From Wigglesworthia glossinidia endosymbiont of Glossina morsitans morsitans (Yale colony) (lineage in GTDB: Bacteria > Pseudomonadota > Gammaproteobacteria > Enterobacterales > Enterobacteriaceae), in the NCBI RefSeq assembly GCF_000247565.1, contig NC_016893.1, forward strand, positions 600,001-632,000: DNA of 32,000 nt, written 5' to 3'. Positions 10,848 to 19,664 of the stretch are shown here, piece by piece (position 1 is the first letter of the stretch; each line of letters begins with the position of its first letter). The notes under the pieces were generated by a model, which was not told the origin of the DNA, ran no database searches, and saw only the letters and a program-made list of their open reading frames with translations. The position numbers were made by a program, and so were the translations under genes.

Positions 10848-10982
10848 TTTTATCTCATTTATTATAAATTTGTTATTTTATATATTGTATGCGAATAATA
10901 ATTTAATAATTTATGCTTAAAATAGATATTTTGCATTTTTTGAGGTCAGATAAGAAATTTTATAAAATATATTTTTATTAAA

Positions 10983-11411
10983 TTAAATATTTTTTGTTCC
11001 TAATTTATTAATTAAATTACTTTCGAGTACTACCATAGCACATGCATACTTGCGTTCGTCAGTTAAACTAAGATGTATATCAGTGATATTTAAATCTTTT
11101 AAAAGATTTTTGGCTATTGAATTTAATTTTAAATAAGGTTTTCCCAAATGATCGTGGAAAATTTCAAAATGCGCAAATGATAATCCTTTTCGCATTCCAA
11201 TGCCTAGTGCTTTACTTGCTGCTTCTTTAGCTGCTAAATGTTTTGCAAGAAAATAAATAGATTTTCTGATATGAGTATTTAATAATCCATAATATTGAAT
11301 TTCTTCATTCTTAGACAAAATTTTTTTTATAAATCTATTTCCATAATATAAAATAACTTTATTAATTCTTTTTATGCTTACAATATCTATTCCTATTCCG
11401 ATTATTGTCAT
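10983..11411 (-). CDS. acpS: Holo-[acyl-carrier-protein] synthase
   Basis: 142 aa (E. coli 126). [25 protein letters not shown] and [17 protein letters not shown] match E. coli AcpS. Its start overlaps the pdxJ stop by 4 bp (ATGA, 11408-11411). It has a short C-terminal extension relative to E. coli. Confidence 0.9.
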   Translation of the reverse strand: MTIIGIGIDIVSIKRINKVILYYGNRFIKKILSKNEEIQYYGLLNTHIRKSIYFLAKHLAAKEAASKALGIGMRKGLSFAHFEIFHDHLGKPYLKLNSIAKNLLKDLNITDIHLSLTDERKYACAMVVLESNLINKLGTKNI

Positions 11412-12142
11412 GTATTACGTGCCATATATATAATATTTTTCATTTCTTGAATAGATTTAAAAATACCTAATATTATACTTCTGCTAATTATAGAATGTCC
11501 TATATTAATTTCTTTTATATTTTCAATTTTTGCAATGTCATAAACATTAAAAATATTTAATCCGTGTCCTGCATGTACTTGTAAACCAAGGTCATTGCAA
11601 TACTTAGAGCAATTTTGAATTTTTTTTAGTTCTATTCGTTTGTTTATTAAACTATTTTGATTTGCATATTTTCCCGTATTTATTTCAATACAGTCTGCAG
11701 AAATTTTAGAAGCAGCTAAAATTTGTTCTTTTATAGGATCTAAAAATACAGAAACTTTAATGCCAATATTTTTTAATTTTAAAATTAAATTATGTAAATT
11801 TTTTTTTTGTTTAATGATATCAAGACCGCTTTCTGTAGTAATTTCTGCTCTATTTTCTGGCACTAAACAGCAAGAATTTGGAAGTAATTTTTGTGCAATA
11901 TTAAACATATTTTCTGTAGGAGCCATTTCTAAATTAATTTTTGAATGTATAATTTTTTTTATTAAAAAAAGATCTTTTTCATGAATATGTCGACGATCTT
12001 CGCGAAGATGCATTGTAATGCCGTCTGCTCCTGCAGATTCAGCAATTATAGCAACGTGTACTGGACTCGGATCTTTCCCTCCACGTGCATTTCTTAAAGT
12101 AGCTACATGATCGATATTAATACCTAAAGATAATTGAGACAT
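11408..12142 (-). CDS. pdxJ: Pyridoxine 5'-phosphate synthase
   Basis: 244 aa (E. coli 243). [25 protein letters not shown] and HAGHGL motifs are present. It lies upstream of acpS as in E. coli. Confidence 0.95.
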   Translation of the reverse strand: MSQLSLGINIDHVATLRNARGGKDPSPVHVAIIAESAGADGITMHLREDRRHIHEKDLFLIKKIIHSKINLEMAPTENMFNIAQKLLPNSCCLVPENRAEITTESGLDIIKQKKNLHNLILKLKNIGIKVSVFLDPIKEQILAASKISADCIEINTGKYANQNSLINKRIELKKIQNCSKYCNDLGLQVHAGHGLNIFNVYDIAKIENIKEINIGHSIISRSIILGIFKSIQEMKNIIYMARNT

Positions 12143-12259
12143 AAATTTAGTTTTAAAATTTTATAATGATAACGAATAAAATATAAATATAAGTATATTA
12201 TGTTTTTGTCAAGAAATATTATTATATATTCTATTTTTTAATTAAAAAATAAATTTAAT

Positions 12260-12940
12260 TTAAACTATATTTAATAATATTAAAGCTTTTTTAGCTGCAG
12301 ATTGTTCTGCTTTTCTACGCGTAGTACCGCGTCCAATCGTCTGTGTATTTAATCCATGAATTAAGCAATATATAATAAATTCTTGATTGTGCGATTCTCC
12401 TTGGATTTCTTTTAAAGAATAATTTGGTAATGGATATCGATTACTTTGCAAATATTCTTGTAATCTTGTTTTAGGATCTTTTTGTATATTTCCTGGTTGA
12501 ATAATATTCAATCTTGTTTGATACCAATGAATAACTGTTTTATAAGTTGTTTGTATATTACTATCTAAAAAAATTCCTCCTATTAATGCTTCTATTGTGT
12601 TAGATAAAATAGATTCACGTTTTCGACCTCCTGTTTTAATCTCTCCAACACCTAAAAGTAAATAGTTGCCTAAGCAAAATTCATTTGCAATTTCTACTAA
12701 TGTATAACCTCTTACTAAAGAGGCACGCATTTGACTTAAATCACCTTCTGCAATATTTAAAAAATTACGATATAATACATCTGAAATAATATAATTTAAG
12801 ATAGAATCACCTAAAAATTCTAATCTTTCATTATGTTTATTACTAAAACTACGATGTGTTAAAGCTTGCTGCAAAAGTGTATTTTTTTTAAAAATATATC
12901 CTATTTTTTTTTGTAATGTTCTTGCAGTATCTATCTTCAT
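12260..12940 (-). CDS. rnc: Ribonuclease III
   Basis: 226 aa, the same length as in E. coli. It has the RNase III signature [13 protein letters not shown] and a C-terminal dsRNA-binding domain ([12 protein letters not shown] ... [10 protein letters not shown]). It lies downstream of lepB. Confidence 0.95.
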   Translation of the reverse strand: MKIDTARTLQKKIGYIFKKNTLLQQALTHRSFSNKHNERLEFLGDSILNYIISDVLYRNFLNIAEGDLSQMRASLVRGYTLVEIANEFCLGNYLLLGVGEIKTGGRKRESILSNTIEALIGGIFLDSNIQTTYKTVIHWYQTRLNIIQPGNIQKDPKTRLQEYLQSNRYPLPNYSLKEIQGESHNQEFIIYCLIHGLNTQTIGRGTTRRKAEQSAAKKALILLNIV

Positions 12941-13016
12941 ATAAATAAGTAAATTTTAATTAATTAAAATTGTTTTTTGTTTAATTAAAAATATTTAAAA
13001 TATAATTTATAAATCG

Positions 13017-13982
13017 TTATTGTATCTTTCCAATACGATGTATGCGTATTCCAGTAGGCCATTGATTTTCTTTTTTTTCTAAACTCATCCAGATTAAAAA
13101 AGCTTTTCCTACGACGTTTTTTTCAGGTACAAAACCCCAATATCTACTATCTGAACTATTATCACGGTTATCTCCCATGACAAAGTAATTACCATTAGGT
13201 ACCACCCAATTACCTAAGCTTTGGTTAGATTGTGCATAGTAGTTATTTAATTGATCTTGATATATTGGTAACGTTAAAATATCATGACTATGATTTTCAA
13301 TTTTTTCTTTTTTTAATAACATACGAATGCCCATAGAAACAGGTTTGTTAAAATCTAATTCTATAAATTCATTATTAATTTGATTTTTTTTTTGAAATAA
13401 TAAAGTTTGCACGAAAATGCTTGGTACAGAATAACTATAAGTAGTTGATAAAGAACGTGATGAAGAAATTGTATGTTTTGAAATTACTTGCGGCTGAATA
13501 GTAATTTCTTTATTTATTGGATTATATGAGATTTTATCTCCAGGAATTCCAACGACTCTTTTGATATAATCTAATTTATTGTTTAAAGGATATTTAAATA
13601 CAATAACATCGCCTCTGCATGGAGAATTAACGGATATCATAGTATTTTGTGTAATTGGTTCTTTGATGCCATATATAAATTTGTTAACTAAAATGAAATC
13701 TCCAATTAATAAATTTGGCATCATCGAACCAGAAGGAATTTGAAATGGTTCAAATAAAAAAAATCTTACTATAATTACTAACAATAATCCTGGAAACATT
13801 GATGCAATTGAATGAATCCAAGTAAAATATTTATTTTTTGTAAATTGAATTAATTTATTGTATTTAGCATCAGAATTAAGTTGTATTTTGTATATTTTGT
13901 TTTTTAAAAATTTTATAAAAACCCATAAAATTCCTGTAATTAACGTAATACTAATTAATAGTAAAGAAAATAAATTAATCAA
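13017..13982 (-). CDS. lepB: Signal peptidase I
   Basis: 321 aa (E. coli 324). The N-terminus MINLFSLLLISITLITGILW aligns with E. coli MANMFALILVIATLVTGILW. The catalytic Ser lies in PSGSMMPNL and the catalytic Lys in DYIKRVVGIPGD; GDNRDNSSDSRYWGFVP is also present. The start codon is TTG (13980-13982). Confidence 0.95.
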   Translation of the reverse strand: MINLFSLLLISITLITGILWVFIKFLKNKIYKIQLNSDAKYNKLIQFTKNKYFTWIHSIASMFPGLLLVIIVRFFLFEPFQIPSGSMMPNLLIGDFILVNKFIYGIKEPITQNTMISVNSPCRGDVIVFKYPLNNKLDYIKRVVGIPGDKISYNPINKEITIQPQVISKHTISSSRSLSTTYSYSVPSIFVQTLLFQKKNQINNEFIELDFNKPVSMGIRMLLKKEKIENHSHDILTLPIYQDQLNNYYAQSNQSLGNWVVPNGNYFVMGDNRDNSSDSRYWGFVPEKNVVGKAFLIWMSLEKKENQWPTGIRIHRIGKIQ

Positions 13983-13987
13983 ATTTT

Positions 13988-13993
13988 CTCCTC
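13988..13993 (-). promoter_or_regulatory. Shine-Dalgarno sequence GAGGAG for lepB
   Basis: The minus strand reads ttGAGGAGaaaatTTG. This is a strong SD 5 nt upstream of the TTG codon that aligns with the E. coli LepB N-terminus. Confidence 0.6.
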
Positions 13994-14015
13994 AAATTAT
14001 CCATGTATCCATATA

Positions 14016-15806
14016 TTATTTTTTAACATCTAAAATAGAAAAAAAAACCTCTTGAGGTAAGCAAAAGTTTCCTATTTGTTTCATTCTTTTTTTTCCTATC
14101 TTTTGTTTTTTAAGTAATTTCTTTTTTCTACTTACATCTCCACCGTAACATTTTGATAAAACGTTTTTTCTTAATTGTTTTACTGTCCCTTTTGCAATAA
14201 TTTGATTATTTATTGACGTTTGAATTACAATATCAAATTGTTGACGAGGAATTAATTTCTTTAATTTTGCTATAATTTTTTGGCTATAAATATGTATATA
14301 ATTTTTATGTACTATGCATGTAAGAGCATCTAAAACTGTTTTATTCACAAGTGTTTTTATTATGACAGAGCTAGTTTTTTTGAAAAATTTAAATTTGTAA
14401 TTTAAAGATGCATAACCTTTAGAAATAGATTGTAATCGATCAAAAAAATTTAATATAATTTCTGCCATAGGTAATTCGTAAACTAACATAACATTCATAT
14501 CATAATATAACAAATTGATTTGTGTTCCTCTTTTTTCATTACATAAAGTAATTATTTTGCCTAAATATTCTGATGGAAACAAAATATAACATAAAGCAAT
14601 CGGTTCTCTTAATTCTAATATGTATTTTTTTTCAGGTATTTGAGATGGTGATTGAATGTGCATAATAATTCTATCTTTTGTTAATACCTCATACATCACT
14701 GTAGGAGAAGTTACAATTACGTTGATCTTATATTCTCTTTCCAAACGTTCTTGAATAATTTCTAAATGCAATAATCCAAGAAATCCACACTTAAATCCCA
14801 TACCTAATGCATAAGAATTTTCAGGTTCATAAAAAAAAGAAGAATCATTGTAATTGAGTTTCTTTAAGCTATCTTTTAAAGATGTATATTTTTCTGAAAC
14901 AATTGGAAATATGCTTGCAAATATTTTAGGAGAAATTTTTTTAAAGCCAGGTAACATTTTTTGAGATGCACGTGAAGCAAGAGTAATTGTATCACCTACA
15001 AGTGCTCCATGTATTTTTTTAATAGAACAAGCAATCCAGCCTATCTCTCCACATTTGAGAGATTTGATATTAGTTTTTTCTGGAGTAAATATTCCCATAT
15101 GAACAACAGAATAAATTTCTTGGGTGCTCATAATTTTTATTTTTACACCTTGTTTTAAATAACCATTTTTAATTCTAACTAATATAATTACTCCAAGGTA
15201 GTTATCGAACCAAGAATCTATAATTAATGCTTGCAATTCAGAATCGGGATTTCCACATGGTGGATTTAAATTATTTGTAATATATTCTAAAATGTAAGGC
15301 ACACCTAAACCAGTTTTTGCAGAACACTGCAAAATATTATTTGATTTAATACCAATAATACTTTCAATTTCTTTAGTAATTTTTTCAGGACGAACATGAG
15401 GCAAATCTATTTTATTTAAAATCGGTATAATTTTAATTTGCATTTTTGATGCAATATGAAAATTCGCAATAGTTTGCGCTTCTATTCCTTGAGATGCATC
15501 AATAATTAACAATGCACCTTCGCAAGCTGATAAAGATCGAGAAACTTCATATGAAAAATCAGTATGTCCTGGAGTATCAATTAAATTAAACTGGTATTGA
15601 TTCTTATTTTTTGCTGTATAATCTAGTCTAACACTTTGTGCTTTAATTGTAATACCTCTTTCCTGCTCTAACTCCATAGTATCTAGCATTTGATTTTTTA
15701 TTTCATGAGAAGACAAATTATTACAAATTTGAATAAATCGATCAGATAAAGTAGATTTACCATGATTAATATGCGCAATAATGGCAAAGTTTCTTATATT
15801 TTTCAT
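14016..15806 (-). CDS. lepA: Elongation factor 4 (translational GTPase LepA)
   Basis: 596 aa (E. coli 599). GTPase motifs [18 protein letters not shown] and NKID are present, and the protein is collinear through the LepA-specific C-terminal domain. It lies upstream of lepB. Confidence 0.97.
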   Translation of the reverse strand: MKNIRNFAIIAHINHGKSTLSDRFIQICNNLSSHEIKNQMLDTMELEQERGITIKAQSVRLDYTAKNKNQYQFNLIDTPGHTDFSYEVSRSLSACEGALLIIDASQGIEAQTIANFHIASKMQIKIIPILNKIDLPHVRPEKITKEIESIIGIKSNNILQCSAKTGLGVPYILEYITNNLNPPCGNPDSELQALIIDSWFDNYLGVIILVRIKNGYLKQGVKIKIMSTQEIYSVVHMGIFTPEKTNIKSLKCGEIGWIACSIKKIHGALVGDTITLASRASQKMLPGFKKISPKIFASIFPIVSEKYTSLKDSLKKLNYNDSSFFYEPENSYALGMGFKCGFLGLLHLEIIQERLEREYKINVIVTSPTVMYEVLTKDRIIMHIQSPSQIPEKKYILELREPIALCYILFPSEYLGKIITLCNEKRGTQINLLYYDMNVMLVYELPMAEIILNFFDRLQSISKGYASLNYKFKFFKKTSSVIIKTLVNKTVLDALTCIVHKNYIHIYSQKIIAKLKKLIPRQQFDIVIQTSINNQIIAKGTVKQLRKNVLSKCYGGDVSRKKKLLKKQKIGKKRMKQIGNFCLPQEVFFSILDVKK

Positions 15807-16333
15807 AAAAAATAAATTTAATTTGAGTTAGTATTAACTTAGTATTAATTAAAAATTTTTATATTTAACAGTTTTACATTATTTTTATATACACGATAAT
15901 GATATTTTTATCTGTATATATTATGCTTAAATTTAATCATTAAAAATATAATTTAATAGAAAATTTTAAATATAAAAAAATCTAAAATCAATAAAGTTTA
16001 TATATTGAATATATCATATACTTTATTTGTATAAAGTAAATATAGTTCAATTTATTAATTTTTTATATTACAAAATAAATATATTAAAATAATAACATAA
16101 AGTATTAAATAATATATTTTATACATACCTATTTTCATTATTTATTTAAATTGAATTTTTATAATTAAAATTTTAATAAAAATAAAATTTATTAATACTT
16201 TAAAAAATATAATTAAATTTTAAATTGAAAATAAAAATTTACTTCTTATTAAATAATAAGTATTATCTATTTAAAACATTTTGAAATTTTATTTTCATTT
16301 ATCATATATATTTGCAATCAATATTTTAATTAT

Positions 16334-16921
16334 ATGAAATATATTAATAATCCTTATATCGTTGGACTCACCGGAGGAATTGGAAGCGGGAAAAGTACAA
16401 TATCAAAAATGTTTAAAAAATTTAATATACCCATAATAGAATCAGATTTAGTTGCAAAAAATATTATTTTTTTCAAAAAAGACATTTATAAAAAAATAAA
16501 AAGTAAAGTAGGAATGAATACAAAATTAAAAAATAAAAATTTTGTTTTAAGAGAATATATTTTTGAATCTAGTCATAATTTATTGTGGATAAATCAATTA
16601 ATACATCCGATAGTGATTCGAAAAATAAAAAATATAATCAAAAAATATACAAAATTTCCATATATCATATGGGTCAGTCCTTTACTAATCGAAAATAATC
16701 TTCAATTTTTTGTAGATCGAGTGTTATTAATTAACGTTGATCCAGATTTACAATTAAAAAGAGCATCGCTAAGAGACAAATTAGAAAAAGAAAAAATATT
16801 TAAAATTTTTAATTTTCAAATTTCTCAAGAAAACAGATTACAATATGCTCATGATGTTATTAATAACTATAATTTAGATACAGTAAAAAAAAAGGTTTTT
16901 TTTTACACAAATATTATTTAA
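16334..16921 (+). CDS. coaE: Dephospho-CoA kinase
   Basis: 195 aa (E. coli 206). The N-terminal P-loop VGLTGGIGSGKST is followed by IIESD, and the domain length matches CoaE. Confidence 0.87.
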   Translation: MKYINNPYIVGLTGGIGSGKSTISKMFKKFNIPIIESDLVAKNIIFFKKDIYKKIKSKVGMNTKLKNKNFVLREYIFESSHNLLWINQLIHPIVIRKIKNIIKKYTKFPYIIWVSPLLIENNLQFFVDRVLLINVDPDLQLKRASLRDKLEKEKIFKIFNFQISQENRLQYAHDVINNYNLDTVKKKVFFYTNII

Positions 16922-17300
16922 GTGAATCTATTAAAAAATTAATAATGTTAAAAAATCAACCTTAAATCGATTTGTTTTTTTTAACATAATATATTTATTT
17001 TTATGATAAAAAAAATTTTAAAATAAAACTTTGTTATATTTATAATAACGTATTACATTAAAACTCTTAATTTTTATTATATTTAAGCTGTTAAAAATTT
17101 CGTAAAAATAAATATTTTAATTTTTAGTGCAACATGCAATTTCATAAAATATTTTGAAATAAGTTTATTTCGGATAAATATTATAAAATATATTTTTATT
17201 TATTTTTTAAAAATGAAAAAATTTTTTATAAAAATTTTATAAGTAGTTTTAATAACACAATATTAACCAGTTTGAATAAAAATTTATTAGGTATAAAATA

Positions 17301-18095
17301 ATGTTTACTAAGTTCTTTTTAAATTTATCTCGTCAAATTACGTTATTAATTATTTTATTAATACCACTAAAAATAGTATTTGCTGACAAATTAAATGATA
17401 TTAAAAAATCAGGAATTTTAAAAGTAGCAATATTTGATTCTAACCCTCCATTTGGAAAAATTGATTTTAAATCACATCAAATTATAGGATATGATGCAGA
17501 TATTGCTCAAGAATTAGCTAAAATGCTAAAAGTTCAATTGCAATTAATTTCTACTAATCCATCTAATCGAATACCACTATTGCAATCAGGAAAAGTTGAT
17601 TTAATAATTGCGGATATCACCATTACTCCAGAAAGAAAAAAAGTAATTAATTTTTCTATCCCATATTTTTCTACAAAACAAAAAATTTTAACACATATAA
17701 GTTCTTCAGATAATTTGCAGGATTACGCGAAGGAACGTATTGGTGTGGTAAAAGGCACTACTGGTCAGCAAACATTAAGTCATCGTTTTCCAGAAGCAAA
17801 AATCATTGCTTATAACGATATACCAATGGCTTTTTCTGCTTTAAGAAATAAAAATGTTAAAGCTATTACTCAAGACAGCACTATTTTAGAAGGATTAATT
17901 TTTGGAGCTCCCGACCGAAATCAATATAAAATATTATCAAATTCTATTAGCGAAGAAACTATAGGAATAGGTGTTAAAAAAGGGGAAGAAAGATTATTAA
18001 ACGAAATTAATAAAAATTTGATGAAATTAGAAAATTCTGGAATAAAGAATAATATTTATAATAAATGGTTCAATTTGAATAAATATAAACAATAA
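17301..18095 (+). CDS. Polar amino-acid ABC transporter, periplasmic substrate-binding protein (Glt/Gln-like family)
   Basis: 264 aa with a signal-like N-terminus (ITLLIILLIPLKIVFA). NRIPLLQSGKVDLIIADITITPERKK resembles E. coli GltI NRIPLLQNG and GlnH VDLALAGITITDERKK. It is the first gene of a tightly spaced 4-gene ABC cluster. Confidence 0.85.
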   Translation: MFTKFFLNLSRQITLLIILLIPLKIVFADKLNDIKKSGILKVAIFDSNPPFGKIDFKSHQIIGYDADIAQELAKMLKVQLQLISTNPSNRIPLLQSGKVDLIIADITITPERKKVINFSIPYFSTKQKILTHISSSDNLQDYAKERIGVVKGTTGQQTLSHRFPEAKIIAYNDIPMAFSALRNKNVKAITQDSTILEGLIFGAPDRNQYKILSNSISEETIGIGVKKGEERLLNEINKNLMKLENSGIKNNIYNKWFNLNKYKQ

Positions 18096-18125
18096 AAATA
18101 ATTTTAAATTATATTTAGGCTATTT

Positions 18126-18905
18126 ATGGAAGAAAAAAAAATACAAGATACTACAAAAGTAGCAGTTAAATTTTTCCAAGTATATAAAAAAATTAATAAA
18201 GTACAAATTTTGAATAATATTAATTTAAATATTTTATCTGGAAAAGTTATTGTAATCTGTGGTCCTTCTGGATCTGGAAAATCTACTTTAGTACGATTAA
18301 TTAATCGATTAGAAGAATTTGATAATGGAGAAATTTTTATTTATGGAAAACCGATATCTAATTTACAAGGTAATGCTTTAAGAAAATTGCGTATGAAAAT
18401 AGGATTTGTTTTTCAAAAATTTAATTTATATGAAAATCTTAATGTTTTAAATAATGTAGCTTTATCTTTAATTAAAATTCAAAATTGGGAAAAAGAAAAA
18501 GCGCACCAGCATGCCATTGAAAAACTGAAAGAAGTAGGACTGCTAGATAAAATTAAATCTTATCCTCATGAGCTTTCGGGAGGTCAACAACAAAGGGTTG
18601 CTATTGCAAGAGTTTTAGCTTCCAATGTTCAAATTATTATATTCGATGAACCCACATCTGCATTAGATCCAGAAATGATTAGCGAAGTCATGATAGTAAT
18701 AAAAAATTTGATTTATTATAAAATTACTATGATAGTAGTAACACACGAAATTCAATTTGCACAAAAAATAGCAGATCAAATAGTATTTTTGTCATCCGGA
18801 GAAATTTTAGAAAAATCTGATCCTAAAAATTTTTTTTCTAACCCTAAACATCCGCGTGCTAAAAAATTTTTAAAAAAAATATTATTTCCATTAAAACACA
18901 CTTAA
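18126..18905 (+). CDS. Polar amino-acid ABC transporter, ATP-binding protein
   Basis: 259 aa. It has Walker A GPSGSGKST, the ABC signature LSGGQQQRVAIAR, Walker B IIIFDEPTSALD and the H-loop VTHE. Confidence 0.93.
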   Translation: MEEKKIQDTTKVAVKFFQVYKKINKVQILNNINLNILSGKVIVICGPSGSGKSTLVRLINRLEEFDNGEIFIYGKPISNLQGNALRKLRMKIGFVFQKFNLYENLNVLNNVALSLIKIQNWEKEKAHQHAIEKLKEVGLLDKIKSYPHELSGGQQQRVAIARVLASNVQIIIFDEPTSALDPEMISEVMIVIKNLIYYKITMIVVTHEIQFAQKIADQIVFLSSGEILEKSDPKNFFSNPKHPRAKKFLKKILFPLKHT

Positions 18906-18915
18906 AGATAAGTAT

Positions 18916-19644
18916 ATGGAACGTTTACAATTCGATTGGGTTACTATTTTTCAGGGAGAATCTATTAATTGGATAATAACTGGACTAATTAATACCGTAT
19001 TAATTACTGTAATTAGTTCTATTTTTGCGACAGTTTTGACTATAATCTTATTTTTTTTTAAAAAAACTTCTCATCATTTAATTACAATTCTCATTGATTT
19101 ATTGACATCAATTATTAGAAAAACTCCATTTTTAATACAATTATTTTTTTGGTATTTTGCTGCTTGGAATGCACTACCTAATTATTGGATTGAAACTATA
19201 TCTAATTATTCAAATATTAAAATATTTGAATATGATATTTATTTGTTTACTTCGGAATTTATTTGTTCAGTATGGTCTTTATCTTTATTTATTTCTGTTT
19301 ATTTAATAGAAGAATTACAATCGGGATTAAATAGATTATCTAAAGGTCAAAAAGAAGCCGCTCTTTCACAAGGTTTAAGTATGTGGTGTATATATTACAA
19401 AATATTATTGCCTCAAGGCATAAAAAATGCTTGGCAACCGATAATTAGTCAATATTTAAATTTAATAAAACTATCTTCTTTAACTTCTGCTATTGGTTTT
19501 GGAGAATTAACATATCATATTCATCAAATAGAAAGTTTTAATGCACATTCAATTGAAGCGTTTGCCATCGGAACATTTTTATATTTAATTTTAGGATTAT
19601 TATTAAGTACAAGCTTATCTTATTTTTTTCAAAAAAAATCGTAA
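18916..19644 (+). CDS. Polar amino-acid ABC transporter, permease subunit 1
   Basis: 242 aa, multi-pass hydrophobic. The EAA-type coupling loop KGQKEAALSQGLSMWCIYYKILLPQG is present. The overall architecture resembles E. coli GltJ. Confidence 0.85.
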   Translation: MERLQFDWVTIFQGESINWIITGLINTVLITVISSIFATVLTIILFFFKKTSHHLITILIDLLTSIIRKTPFLIQLFFWYFAAWNALPNYWIETISNYSNIKIFEYDIYLFTSEFICSVWSLSLFISVYLIEELQSGLNRLSKGQKEAALSQGLSMWCIYYKILLPQGIKNAWQPIISQYLNLIKLSSLTSAIGFGELTYHIHQIESFNAHSIEAFAIGTFLYLILGLLLSTSLSYFFQKKS

Positions 19645-19664
19645 AATTTTTAAGGTGAAAAATT

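Noticed and set aside
12960-12988. A 9-bp inverted repeat (ttaattaaa ... tttaattaa) in the 76-bp lepB-rnc spacer. It recalls the RNase III autoregulatory hairpin in the E. coli rnc leader.
   Set aside because: The stem is all A/T and built from the self-complementary word ttaattaa, which recurs by chance in this genome. It is too short and too weak to be an RNase III substrate without experimental support.
11760-14055. Track ORFs 11760-11984(+), antisense in pdxJ, and 13858-14055(+), antisense across the lepB start and lepA end.
   Set aside because: They are embedded in or overlap conserved genes on the other strand. The sequences are low-complexity Phe/Ile/Lys, with no SD and no homology that I recognise.
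15828-15848. A tandem duplication of ttagtattaa (15828-15837 and 15839-15848), 22-42 bp upstream of the lepA start.
   Set aside because: There are only two copies and no recognisable operator or promoter consensus. It is most simply a slipped-strand duplication in a noncoding A/T tract.
16945-16987. An 11-bp inverted repeat (atgttaaaaaa ... ttttttaacat) with a 21-nt loop, 24 nt downstream of the coaE stop. It is a possible terminator.
   Set aside because: The stem is A/T except for one G-C pair, and the loop is long. There is no distinct downstream U-tract beyond the stem itself. Such palindromes are expected by chance in sequence that is effectively a two-letter alphabet.
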